Shown: piece after piece, positions 45,532 to 54,391 of the stretch
How positions within the stretch are numbered: the stretch's first letter is position 1
How the letters are laid out: each line of letters opens with the position of its first letter
DNA from: an uncultured bacterium
GTDB lineage: Bacteria; Actinomycetota; Thermoleophilia; Solirubrobacterales; 70-9
Direction: 5' to 3'
Length of the DNA stretch: 64,000 nucleotides
NCBI GenBank assembly: GCA_963807745.1
Contig: CAWECF010000003.1
Location: 763,895-827,894, forward strand
Notes under the pieces: model-generated
What the model was told of the DNA's origin: nothing
The model's database searches: none
What the model saw: only the letters and a program-made list of their open reading frames with translations
Position numbers and translations under genes: made by a program

Positions 45532-46668
45532 CTAGGCGTAGAGGAAAGCGAGCGCGAGCACGACGTAGACGGCCAGGAGCTGGACGCCCTCGAACCAGTT
45601 CGACTCGCCCTCCTGGGTGACGTAGTTCGCGATCAGGACCGCGACGAGGACGCCGCCGAGCTCGAAGCCGTTGAACACGAGCGGCATCGGATTGGGGCCG
45701 AGGACGAACGAGACGAGGACCAGGATCGGCGCGACGAAGAGCGCGATCTGAGCCGCCGAGCCGATCGAGATGTTGACCGCGAGGTCCATCTTGTCCTTCT
45801 TGGCGACGAGCACCGCTACCCAGTGTTCGGCCGCGTTGCCGACCACGGCGACGATGATGATCCCGACGAAGAACTCCGAGATGCCGAGTGACTCCGACGC
45901 CTCGGAGATCGAGCCGACGAGGATCTCGGACACGAGCCCGACCGCGGCGCCGGCGATCGCCAGCATCGCGACCGACCTCCTGACCGACCATCCGTAGGTG
46001 GCATGCCCGTGATCCCCCTCTCCGGCCTCGCCTTCGCTGTCTGGGGCGACGGGATTGAAGAGGTCCTTGTGCGTCTTCAGGGAGAAGATCAGCCCGGCGA
46101 CGTAGCTGAGCCCGAGGACGATCGCCACTCCGATCGAGAGCTCCTCCAGGTCGGACCCGAAGTTCACGATCTCGGCATCGATCGGCGGCAGCCCACCACC
46201 CTGGACGAGCGCGTAGATCGCGGGCATGATCAGCGCGGCGACCGCCAGGAAGAGCATCGTCGACTGCGCGTTGGCCGCGGTGCGATTGAAGACCTGCTTC
46301 TTGCGCCCGAGCCCGCCGACGAACATCGACAGGCCGAGGACCAGGAGAAGGTTGCCCAGGATCGAGCCGATGATCGACGCCTTCACGACCTCCTGGAGGC
46401 CCTCCGCCAGGAGGAACAGGGCGATGATCAGCTCGGCCGCGTTGCCGAAGGTGACGTTCAGGAAGCCGCCGATCCCCGGGCCCGATCTGGCGGCCAGCTC
46501 CTCGGTTGCGAGGCCCATCAGCGCGGCGGTCGGGATGATCCCCGCGGCCGAGCAGAAGAAGATCACCGTCGGCGACGCGTGGAAGACGAACTCCAGCAGG
46601 ACGGCGAGCAGGATGAACGGCGTCAGCAGGTACGGCCAGCCCTGCGCTGAGAAGAGAAAGCGGCTCAC
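45532..46668 (-). CDS. Calcium/proton exchanger (CAX family)
   Basis: 378 aa with duplicated GNAAE motifs (FGNAAELIIALF, VGNAAEHWVAVL). Confidence 0.85.
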   Translation of the reverse strand: MSRFLFSAQGWPYLLTPFILLAVLLEFVFHASPTVIFFCSAAGIIPTAALMGLATEELAARSGPGIGGFLNVTFGNAAELIIALFLLAEGLQEVVKASIIGSILGNLLLVLGLSMFVGGLGRKKQVFNRTAANAQSTMLFLAVAALIMPAIYALVQGGGLPPIDAEIVNFGSDLEELSIGVAIVLGLSYVAGLIFSLKTHKDLFNPVAPDSEGEAGEGDHGHATYGWSVRRSVAMLAIAGAAVGLVSEILVGSISEASESLGISEFFVGIIIVAVVGNAAEHWVAVLVAKKDKMDLAVNISIGSAAQIALFVAPILVLVSFVLGPNPMPLVFNGFELGGVLVAVLIANYVTQEGESNWFEGVQLLAVYVVLALAFLYA

Positions 46669-46725
46669 GAGGCCGTCAATTTAACGGGCGAAACCGCGCT
46701 GATCCCGAGAGCGCTGCTGGCGGAC

Positions 46726-46765
46726 CCGTGAAAGACCGAGGCCCCGGCGGATCGCCGGGGCCTCG
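46726..46765 (-). terminator. Terminator hairpin after the acidic lipoprotein gene
   Basis: Perfect 13-bp stem CGAGGCCCCGGCG-GAT-CGCCGGGGCCTCG, followed on the minus strand by GTCTTTCAC. Confidence 0.55.
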
Positions 46766-46793
46766 AGCCGTCAGGTCGGTAGTTCGAGAGCCC

Positions 46794-47894
46794 TTACTCG
46801 AGGCACGCCTGGATCGCGTCGGGATCGCCCGCCGCTTCCTGGATGCAGTCGGGGTCGAGGCTGCCGCCGCCGGTACCGCCGGCGCTGCCCGAGCCGAGGC
46901 CCGGAAGCTCCGAGCCGCCCGGGATCGCGCCGAGGCCGCCGAACTCCTTGGCGAGGTCTCTGATCGGCTGCGGATCGTCCGGCACCTCGAAGGTCTGCTC
47001 CTCGCCGACGTCGGCGAGCTCGAGCGAGAAGCCGAGCGAAGCCGACTCGACTCCGGCCGCCGCGCCGCCGAGCGCCGCGGTGTCGAGGTCGAGCGAGAAG
47101 TCCAGCCCGCGGAGCGTGCCGTCCTCGGTCGCGGCGTAGACGTCGAAGCCCGCGCCGGAGACCGCATCGGAGATCACGCCGAGCTGCGGCTCGATGATCG
47201 AGGGATCGACGCCGCCCGTCGCGCCCGGGATCGAAGCGCCCAGGTTGAACAGGTCGGTGACCATCTGCTCGACGTCGAGAGAGCCGGTGACATGGGTCGC
47301 CTCGGCGCCGCCGACGTCCTCCGTGCCCTCGTTGGAGAGGTTGGAGAACCAGGCGGTCAGGTCGATGTCGCACGCGGCGGGGTCGCCACCCTGCGCCTCG
47401 ATGGCCTGCTCGCACTGCTCGGTGAAGGTGCCGCTCTCCGAATCCTCGGGCGCCGCCTCCTCCTGCGCTGCCTTCAGCTCCTCGTAGACCTCGGTTCCGA
47501 GCTCGTAGTCCGTGCCGTCGTAGGCCACGTACAGGTTGTCCTCGGTGATCGTGATGCCGGCCTCGAGGTCCTCGGGAAGCGACTCGGAGGCCGCGCCCTC
47601 GCCCGACGCCGTGATGTCCAGGTCGAGCTGGCCGATCATCTCGGGGTTCTCGGGGTCGGTCGCGAACGGGCCGGTGACGTTCGCCGTCAGGCTGCCGCCC
47701 TCGGTTCCCTCGACGGAAAGGTCGAAGGTGAGGTCGATGACGCCGCTCTCGATGGAGGTGTCGTTGTTGAAGGCCTCCTCGAGGACCTGCTGCGGATCCT
47801 CGGTCGATTCTTCGTCGTCGCCACAGCCGGCGATGATGGCCGGCACGGGGATGGCGAGCGCGAGTGCGGCGATGAGGGTCTTGGTGCGAGTCAA
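46794..47894 (-). CDS. Acidic lipoprotein of unknown function
   Basis: Lipobox PAIIAGCGDD. 366 aa, very Asp/Glu/Gly/Thr-rich. Confidence 0.6.
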   Translation of the reverse strand: MTRTKTLIAALALAIPVPAIIAGCGDDEESTEDPQQVLEEAFNNDTSIESGVIDLTFDLSVEGTEGGSLTANVTGPFATDPENPEMIGQLDLDITASGEGAASESLPEDLEAGITITEDNLYVAYDGTDYELGTEVYEELKAAQEEAAPEDSESGTFTEQCEQAIEAQGGDPAACDIDLTAWFSNLSNEGTEDVGGAEATHVTGSLDVEQMVTDLFNLGASIPGATGGVDPSIIEPQLGVISDAVSGAGFDVYAATEDGTLRGLDFSLDLDTAALGGAAAGVESASLGFSLELADVGEEQTFEVPDDPQPIRDLAKEFGGLGAIPGGSELPGLGSGSAGGTGGGSLDPDCIQEAAGDPDAIQACLE

Positions 47895-47955
47895 GTTATT
47901 TCAGTGTCCTTCGCTTTTCGGGGTCTTCGAGGCCGGTCAACGATAGTGGGTACGG

Positions 47956-49167
47956 TTGCTCGCGACCGTGGCTCCAGACGCTCAAAGCGCCGCGCCCAGG
48001 ACGATCCTCTACACCGGTAAGGGCGGCGTCGGCAAGACGTCCGTGGCCGCCGCAAGCGCCCGTCGCGCCGCGGCCGCGGGGCTCCGGACGGTCGTGCTCT
48101 CGACGGACCCGGCACACAGCCTTTCGGACGCCCTGGAGCTGGACCTGGGATCCGACCCGACGCCTGCGGGCGAGAACCTGTGGGGCCAGGAGGTCCAGGC
48201 GCAGCGTGAGATGGAGGCGAACTGGGCTCAGGTGCAGGCCTGGCTCGGCCAGCTCCTGCACGAGCGCGGCGTCATGGACATCGCGGCCGAGGAGCTATCC
48301 GTCCCGCCGGGCATGGACGAGCTCTTCAGCCTGCTCCAGATCAAGCGCCACCACGAGTCCGGCGACTACGACGTGATCATCGTCGACTGCGCCCCGACCG
48401 GAGAGACGCTCCGCCTCCTCTCGTTCCCGGAGATCGCCAAGTGGTGGCTCGAGAAGGTCTTCCCCGTCGAGCGCAGGATGGTCGCCGCGGCGCGGCCGAT
48501 CGCCAAGACGTTCCTGGACGTCGACCTCCCCGGGGAGGAGGTGCTCGCCGAGGTGAACGGCCTCGTCCGCAACCTGATCGCGATGAACGACATCCTCCGC
48601 GACTCGGACCGCGCCTCGATCCGCCTGGTCATGAACGCGGACCGGATGGTCATAAACGAGGCGCAGCGGACCTTCACCTATCTCAACCTCTATGGGTATC
48701 TGACCGACGCGGTGGTCGTGAACCGGCTCTTCCCCGACGAGGTCGGCGGCGGGTACTTCGGCCCCTGGCGCGAGCGCCAGACCGAGCGCCTCGCCGACAT
48801 CGCGGACGGCTTCGCCCCGGTGCCCGTGCTCAAGGCGCGGTACTTCGCCGACGAGGTCGTGGGGCCGGAGATGCTCGACCAGCTCGGCGAAGAGCTGTTC
48901 GCCGACCTCGACGTGGCCTCGCTCCTCCTGGCTGAGCAGGCGCACGAGTTCTCCGAAGGCCCGGATGGCGCCACCACCCTGCGGATCCGCGTCCCGTTCG
49001 CGGAGCGCTCGCAGATCTCGCTCAAGCAGGTCGGCTCCGAGCTGATCGTCGCCGCGGGCCGCGAGAAGCGGACTCTCATCCTGCCCCCGGGCCTTGCCCG
49101 CCGCCGCACGAACGGCGCCAAGCTCCGCGACGGGGCCCTGGAAGTCACCTTCCCCGGTGAGGCATGA
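47956..49167 (+). CDS. ArsA/Get3-like anion-transporting ATPase family protein
   Basis: Deviant Walker A YTGKGGVGKTSVAAA, STDPAHSLSDAL and VDCAPTGETLRLLS motifs. Confidence 0.85.
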   Translation: MLATVAPDAQSAAPRTILYTGKGGVGKTSVAAASARRAAAAGLRTVVLSTDPAHSLSDALELDLGSDPTPAGENLWGQEVQAQREMEANWAQVQAWLGQLLHERGVMDIAAEELSVPPGMDELFSLLQIKRHHESGDYDVIIVDCAPTGETLRLLSFPEIAKWWLEKVFPVERRMVAAARPIAKTFLDVDLPGEEVLAEVNGLVRNLIAMNDILRDSDRASIRLVMNADRMVINEAQRTFTYLNLYGYLTDAVVVNRLFPDEVGGGYFGPWRERQTERLADIADGFAPVPVLKARYFADEVVGPEMLDQLGEELFADLDVASLLLAEQAHEFSEGPDGATTLRIRVPFAERSQISLKQVGSELIVAAGREKRTLILPPGLARRRTNGAKLRDGALEVTFPGEA

Positions 49168-49430
49168 GCTCCCGCGGCCCGGACCCATCGGAGCTCGGCG
49201 ACCTCTTGAAACGCCACTCGTCCGAACGCGAGTGCGTGGAGCTCTGCCCCATCTGCCGCGCCGCGGACGTCCTGAGGGCCACCGCCTCCGACGACCTGCG
49301 GGACGGCTGGCAGGACGTGCAGCGCGAAGCTCTCCTGACGATGAAGGCGGTCATCGACCGCTACGTGGAGCGTCTGGACGAGGAACCGGGCGAGCAAGGC
49401 CCCAAGGTCGAGGACATCCCGATCGACTGA
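49164..49430 (+). CDS. Small acidic protein with a CPIC motif, translationally coupled to the ArsA-like gene
   Basis: ATGA overlap. 88 aa with good GC3. ECVELCPICRAADVL. Confidence 0.55.
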   Translation: MSSRGPDPSELGDLLKRHSSERECVELCPICRAADVLRATASDDLRDGWQDVQREALLTMKAVIDRYVERLDEEPGEQGPKVEDIPID

Positions 49431-49475
49431 GCGCCGAGATTTGGCACATGCCGGCCCAATGTGATCGATCTCACC

Positions 49476-49503
49476 TTGACTGAAATCGCCAGGTACGTAA
49501 CCT
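49476..49503 (+). promoter_or_regulatory. Sigma-70-type promoter TTGACT-N16-TAACCT, likely giving a leaderless mRNA
   Basis: The -10 ends 7 nt before the ATG at 49511. No Shine-Dalgarno sequence in between. Confidence 0.45.
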
Positions 49504-49510
49504 CCGGCAC

Positions 49511-52500
49511 ATGGGGATGGAGTGTTCTGCCTGCGGCACGCAGAACCCCGACGGGGCTCGGTTTTGCATGTCCTGCGGGAACGGGCTGGCCACCACCTGC
49601 CCAAGCTGCGGGAAGGAGAACCCGCCGGGCGCGAAGTTCTGCATCGAGTGCGGGACCTCGCTGACCGGGGCCCCCGCCCCTCAGACGTCCACGCCGCCCA
49701 CTCCGCCGGCGGCGGCGCCCGACGCGCGGCCCGAGGAACGGCGCAAGGCGACGGTGCTGTTCGCCGATCTCTCGGGATACACCGCGGTCGCCGAGCGGAT
49801 GGACCCGGAAGCGCTCAAGTCCATGGTCGACCGCGCGCTCAGGCGGCTCGGCGATGAGGTGACCCGCTTCGGGGGCACCGTCGACAAGTTCATCGGCGAC
49901 AACGTGATGGCCGTCTTCGGAGCGCCCGTCGCCCACGAGGACGATCCCGAGCGGGCGGTTCGCGCGGGCCTGGCCATGCAGGGTGCGATGGACGAGATCA
50001 ACGAGCAGATCCCGGGCGTCGACTTTGCCCTTCGCGTGGGGATCAACTCGGGCGACGTCCTCGCCGGGAAGATGGGTGACGGCTACACGGTCATCGGAGA
50101 CGCCGTCAACGTGGCTTCGCGGCTTCAATCGGCCGCGCGGCCGGGATCCGTGACGGTCGGCGAGGTCACCCACAGGCTCACCCGCACATCCATCGAGTAC
50201 ACGGAGCTCGACCCGCTCGACCTGAAGGGCAAGGCCGAGCCCGTCGCGGCATGGGAAGCGGTGCGGGTCGCGGTCGCCGGCACGGCCCTGACTCGCGCCT
50301 CCACCCCGCTCGTCGGGCGCAACGACGAATCCGAGCTGCTGTCGGCGATGTTCGACCGCGTGACCCGCGAGAGCCGGTCACACCTGGTGACCGTGGTCGG
50401 CCAGGCCGGGGTCGGCAAGAGCCGCCTCCTGCGAGAGCTGGCCGGCAAGGTGACGGAGCGGCCCGGCTCACCGCTCATGCGGGTCGGGCACTGCCCCGCC
50501 TACGGCTCCGGGCTCGCGTACTGGGCGCTGGCTGAGATCGTCCGCGACCAGTTCGGGATCGCCGACACGGACGAGTCCGACGTCGCCTTCAGCCGCCTGC
50601 GCGCCGGCTTCGAGAAGCTCCTGGGCGACCACTGCGTGGAGGGTGAGGAAGACTCGCCCGACCGGCTGGCCGCGACCCTCGCCCGCCCACTCGGCATCGA
50701 GATTCCGGAGGAATTCGCAGAGAGCGCCGACTCGGACGATCCCCAGCAGGTGCGCTCCCGCCTCTTCTCGGCGGTCAGGACGCTGGTCGAAGCCGCGGGC
50801 CGCGAGCGCCCCGTCGTCTTCGCGATCGAGGACATCCACTGGGCCGACGAGGGGATGCTCGACCTGATCGAGTACCTCGCGCGCTGGGTGCGCGGCCCGG
50901 TCCTGATCATCTGCCTCGCGCGCGACGAGCTGCTCGACCGCCGGCCCGGCTGGGGCGGCGGCAGGCGCAACGCTACGACGATCGCGCTGGAACCCCTGGC
51001 GCCGACCGGCGCGCGCGAGCTCGTCCACGCGCTGCTGCCCGAAGGCGCCGAGGAGATCGAGGAGGCCCTGGTCGCCCAGGTCGCCGAGCGCTCGGGCGGC
51101 AACCCGCTCTTCGCCGAGGAGATGGTGAACCGCATCCTCGAGGAAGGGATGTCCGGGGACTCCGTCCTGCCCGAGACCGTCCACGCCGTGCTCGCGGCGC
51201 GCCTCGACGCTCTGAACGCCAAGGAGCGCTCGCTGCTCCAGCGGGCGTCAGTCGTCGGTCAGACCTTCTGGGCCGGCTCGGTCGCCGAGGGCGCCGACGC
51301 GCACGACCTCCTCGGCTCGCTGGCCGACAAGGACCTGATCGTCGCCACCGCGGGCGGGCGCCTGATGGGCGAGCGCGAGTACGCGTTCAAGCACGTCCTG
51401 ATCCGCGACGTCGCGTATTCGACCCTGCCGAAGACCGTGCGGGCGCGAAAGCACGCCGAGGTGGCCACTTTCATCGAGGAGCGCGCGGCGGACCGGACCG
51501 AAGCGGTGATCGCCATGGTCGCCGACCACCTTGCGAAGGCCGCCGAGATCGGCGCCGACGCCGGCATGGACGACTCCGAGCTGCACGTCGTCCGAGACCG
51601 CGCGCACCGGGCGCTCGAGGCGGCGGGAGACGTCGCCGCGAGTCTCTATTCCAATCAGGAGGCCCTGACCCACTTCAAGGCCGCGCTCCGCCTGGACGGC
51701 GACGACGACTGCGAGCACCCGGACGCGCGAGCTCGCATCGCCGAGAAGTACGGCGACGTCGCGCTCCGCCTGGGCCGCGTCGACAAGGCCGTGGACCTGT
51801 GGGAGCGCTGCCTGGAGTACCACCGCGGCGAGGAGGACCTCGCGCGCGTCGGCGACCTCCATCGGAAGATCGGCGCCGGCCTGTGGAACAAGGGGGACCG
51901 CGAGGGCTCGATCAGCCATTACCAGCGCGGCATCGACCTCTTGAAGGACGGGCCGCCCTGCCTCGAGCTCGTGCGCCTGTACGAGGAGGCCGCCTCGCTC
52001 TATATGCACACGGGCGACAACATGCTTGCCATCTACGCCTCGGAGAAGGCGCTCCGACTGGCCGAGCGCCTGGAGGAAGCGGCCGCGGCCAGCCGCGCGC
52101 ACGGCATCTTCGGCCGCGTCTTCGGGCGGATCGGGGACACGGAGCGGGCGCGCGAGAACCTCGAGCGCTCGGTGGAGCTTGCCCGCGACTCGGATCCGGC
52201 CGAGGCGATCCGGGCGCTCCTGGCGCTGGGCTACCACTTCGAGGTGTCCGAGGCCGACTACAGCGCGGCGACCGACGCTTACAGCGAAGCGCTCGGCATC
52301 GCCGAGCGGATCGGCGACCTGCCATCCCAGGTCGAGCTCCATTTCTCGCTCACCCTCCTCGCCTTCCACTGCGGCAAGTGGGACGAGGTCGAGGCCGGCA
52401 CAGAGACGGTGGCCGCGCTGGTCGAGCGCGAGGGCCTGACCGGAAAGCTCTGCTTCCCGCACCTACTCCGCGGCGCGCTGCGGTGGCGCGACTCGGACCT

Positions 52501-52942
52501 CGAGGGCTCGGAGCGCTCGTTGCGCCGCGCCGCCGAGATGGCCGCGCAGGTGGGCCGCTCCGAGATCGCCTTCCAGGCGCTGCTCGCCCTGGCCGCGACC
52601 CTTCGCGACCAGGAGAACTTCGCCGACGCCGACGCCGTGCTCGCCTCAGCGCTTGACACGTGCGAGCGCGCGGGCCTGGTGGCGCAGTCGATCGAGGCAA
52701 CCGCCGCACGCTCGGTCAACTCGACGCTCTGGGGCCGCGCCGACGCAGCGGCCTCCCTCGCCGACGAGGCGACCGGCCTGGCCGAGCGCCTTCGCTACCC
52801 GGTCGGCTCGGCAGCCGCGCTCGAGGCAAGAGGCTTCGCGGCCGGCGACGCAGCGGTCCTCCGCGAAGCAGCAGACGCCTGGCGCGAACTGGGCCGCCCA
52901 ATCGAAGCGGACCGAGTCAGCCGCCTGGCCGAAACCGCCTGA
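49511..52942 (+). CDS. Double-zinc-ribbon / class III adenylate cyclase / AAA (STAND-like) ATPase / TPR signalling protein
   Basis: 1143 aa. CSACG...CMSCG...CPSCG...CIECG. Cyclase block VLFADLSGYT...KFIGDNVMAVFG...GDAVNVASRL. P-loop GQAGVGKSRL. C-terminal TPR-like helices. Confidence 0.85.
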   Translation: MGMECSACGTQNPDGARFCMSCGNGLATTCPSCGKENPPGAKFCIECGTSLTGAPAPQTSTPPTPPAAAPDARPEERRKATVLFADLSGYTAVAERMDPEALKSMVDRALRRLGDEVTRFGGTVDKFIGDNVMAVFGAPVAHEDDPERAVRAGLAMQGAMDEINEQIPGVDFALRVGINSGDVLAGKMGDGYTVIGDAVNVASRLQSAARPGSVTVGEVTHRLTRTSIEYTELDPLDLKGKAEPVAAWEAVRVAVAGTALTRASTPLVGRNDESELLSAMFDRVTRESRSHLVTVVGQAGVGKSRLLRELAGKVTERPGSPLMRVGHCPAYGSGLAYWALAEIVRDQFGIADTDESDVAFSRLRAGFEKLLGDHCVEGEEDSPDRLAATLARPLGIEIPEEFAESADSDDPQQVRSRLFSAVRTLVEAAGRERPVVFAIEDIHWADEGMLDLIEYLARWVRGPVLIICLARDELLDRRPGWGGGRRNATTIALEPLAPTGARELVHALLPEGAEEIEEALVAQVAERSGGNPLFAEEMVNRILEEGMSGDSVLPETVHAVLAARLDALNAKERSLLQRASVVGQTFWAGSVAEGADAHDLLGSLADKDLIVATAGGRLMGEREYAFKHVLIRDVAYSTLPKTVRARKHAEVATFIEERAADRTEAVIAMVADHLAKAAEIGADAGMDDSELHVVRDRAHRALEAAGDVAASLYSNQEALTHFKAALRLDGDDDCEHPDARARIAEKYGDVALRLGRVDKAVDLWERCLEYHRGEEDLARVGDLHRKIGAGLWNKGDREGSISHYQRGIDLLKDGPPCLELVRLYEEAASLYMHTGDNMLAIYASEKALRLAERLEEAAAASRAHGIFGRVFGRIGDTERARENLERSVELARDSDPAEAIRALLALGYHFEVSEADYSAATDAYSEALGIAERIGDLPSQVELHFSLTLLAFHCGKWDEVEAGTETVAALVEREGLTGKLCFPHLLRGALRWRDSDLEGSERSLRRAAEMAAQVGRSEIAFQALLALAATLRDQENFADADAVLASALDTCERAGLVAQSIEATAARSVNSTLWGRADAAASLADEATGLAERLRYPVGSAAALEARGFAAGDAAVLREAADAWRELGRPIEADRVSRLAETA

Positions 52943-52982
52943 CACCTTCGACCTAGGCCATCCGCCGGCCGGCCGGAGCTGT

Positions 52983-53091
52983 GGACGGCCGGGCAAGCCC
53001 TCTCCAGGGGGCTAATGAAGAACCAGGCGCATCAACGCGGGCGGGAGATCCCGAAATGCACGGCCCCCTGGAGAGGGCTGCCGGGCCGTCC
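52983..53091. repeat. Long imperfect inverted repeat (28-nt arms, 52-nt spacer)
   Basis: GGACGGCCGGGCAAGCCCTCTCCAGGGGG (52983-53011) pairs with CCCCCTGGAGAGGGCTGCCGGGCCGTCC (53064-53091). Lies between the cyclase gene and M23 peptidase gene 1. Confidence 0.6.
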
Positions 53092-53146
53092 TCAACTGCG
53101 GACCCAAGGAGGACGCCCGCCGTCTTAATTTGGGGTCACCCGGAGT

Positions 53147-53168
53147 CTGCTATGAGTATTTGCTCACA
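53147..53168 (+). promoter_or_regulatory. Conserved 22-nt block ending 2 nt before the M23 peptidase 1 ATG
   Basis: CTGCTATGAGTATTTGCTCACA versus CTGCTATTAGTATCCGCTCACA at 55979-56000 (19/22 identical, same spacing to the ATG). Confidence 0.45.
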
Positions 53169-53170
53169 TC

Positions 53171-53713
53171 ATGCTCAATATTGATTTACAGAAAAAGCTG
53201 CCCCTGCCCACCCGATCGCTGGCGATCCTCTTCACAGGGCTCGTGCTGGCGCTCCTGGCCGTGTTCATGCCGGCCGATGACTCCGACGCCGCCGACCTTG
53301 GCGGCGGCTACGTGTTCCCCCTGCCTTCGGAGCACGAGTACGGAGATGGATTCGGCGCCGGCCGCGGCCACGACGGCCAGGACCTCTTCGCCAAGTGCGG
53401 CCGCAAGCTGGTCGCCGCGAACGACGGGAAGATCCAGCGGTCGGAGAAGGACGGGAGCGGCTACGGCAACATCGTCGTGCTCGACCTCAAGGGAACCGGC
53501 GTGGACCTCCTGTACGCGCACATGAAGAACCGCGTCGTCAAGAAGGGCGACCGAGTCAACGTGGGCGAGAAGATCGGCGAGGTCGGCGACTCGGGCAACG
53601 CGTCAGGCTGCCACCTCCACTTCGAGATGCACACGGCCCCCGGCTTCTGGGAAGGCGGGCGCGCCATGCGCAAGGTCACGGATTACCTGAAGAAGTGGGA
53701 CAAGACGTCGTAG
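53171..53713 (+). CDS. M23 family metallopeptidase (paralog 1)
   Basis: Signal/TM, GRGHDGQD (HxxxD), GNASGCHLHFEMH (HxH). C-terminus LKKWDKTS is shared with paralog 2. Confidence 0.85.
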   Translation: MLNIDLQKKLPLPTRSLAILFTGLVLALLAVFMPADDSDAADLGGGYVFPLPSEHEYGDGFGAGRGHDGQDLFAKCGRKLVAANDGKIQRSEKDGSGYGNIVVLDLKGTGVDLLYAHMKNRVVKKGDRVNVGEKIGEVGDSGNASGCHLHFEMHTAPGFWEGGRAMRKVTDYLKKWDKTS

Positions 53714-53750
53714 CCGGCCGCTCGCCGAGGCGAGCCCACTTCACTCGTCC

Positions 53751-53786
53751 AAGAGGGACTCGCTTCAGGCGAGTCCCTCTTTTTCG
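53751..53786 (+). terminator. Rho-independent terminator of M23 gene 1, overlapping the 3' end of the convergent ferritin-like gene
   Basis: AAGAGGGACTCGC-TTCAG-GCGAGTCCCTCTT, followed by TTTCG. The stop codon of the minus-strand gene lies in the loop. Confidence 0.6.
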
Positions 53787-54286
53787 TACTCGCGAAGGAA
53801 TCCCTCGAACTGGCGCATGTGGCCCTGCTCGTCGCGAAGGACCGCGATGACCATGTCCTCGGTGACCGGGTCCGTGTCCGCGCAGAACTCGATGATCCGC
53901 GAGTAGTGCTCGATCGCGCCGGCTTCCGCCTCGATCACGCCCTTGATCACGTGGACGATGTCGATCTGGTCGCCGGGAGGCTGCAGGAAGCTCTGCTCGG
54001 CCGTGAACTCCGTTGAGCCCGGCACGACTCCGTAGAGCTCCTTGATCCGCTCGGCGAACTGCTGGGCGTGACCCAGCTCCTCCGTGATGTCCTGGGCCAG
54101 CGACTCCTTGATCTCCTGCGCCCTGACACCGTCGGGGTTGACCGAGTTGGCGATGTAGCTCATCACCGTCTCGATCTCCATCCAATAGGCCTTCTTGAGG
54201 AGCTCGATTACCTCCTCGCGAGCTTCGGTGTTCTCCTCGGCAAGGATGTCCTTCCGGCCGACACCCGCATCAGCTGCATGTGACAT
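53765..54286 (-). CDS. Ferritin-like (bacterioferritin/Dps superfamily) protein
   Basis: Start MSHAADAGV. Four-helix pattern with EIETVMSY...EELGHAQQ...EAEAGAIEHY...DEQGHM di-iron-like E/H ligands. Confidence 0.7.
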   Translation of the reverse strand: MSHAADAGVGRKDILAEENTEAREEVIELLKKAYWMEIETVMSYIANSVNPDGVRAQEIKESLAQDITEELGHAQQFAERIKELYGVVPGSTEFTAEQSFLQPPGDQIDIVHVIKGVIEAEAGAIEHYSRIIEFCADTDPVTEDMVIAVLRDEQGHMRQFEGFLREYEKEGLA

Positions 54287-54391
54287 TTCGTTCCTCGTTT
54301 CGTCGCAAGTCATTGCCCCCCGGGAATCGCGGGGCACACCACCAGTTTCCCTGATCCGGGGGCTGATAACCGCCCACCTAGACTCGGAGCC

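Noticed and set aside
52945-53170. c-di-AMP (ydaO-type) or c-di-GMP riboswitch upstream of the M23 peptidase
   Set aside because: I could not find the conserved ydaO blocks (such as GGGGUGAAUC and AGCUAACCUCGUAAGC) or GEMM features. Only a long inverted repeat is present, so it is reported as an unexplained structure instead.
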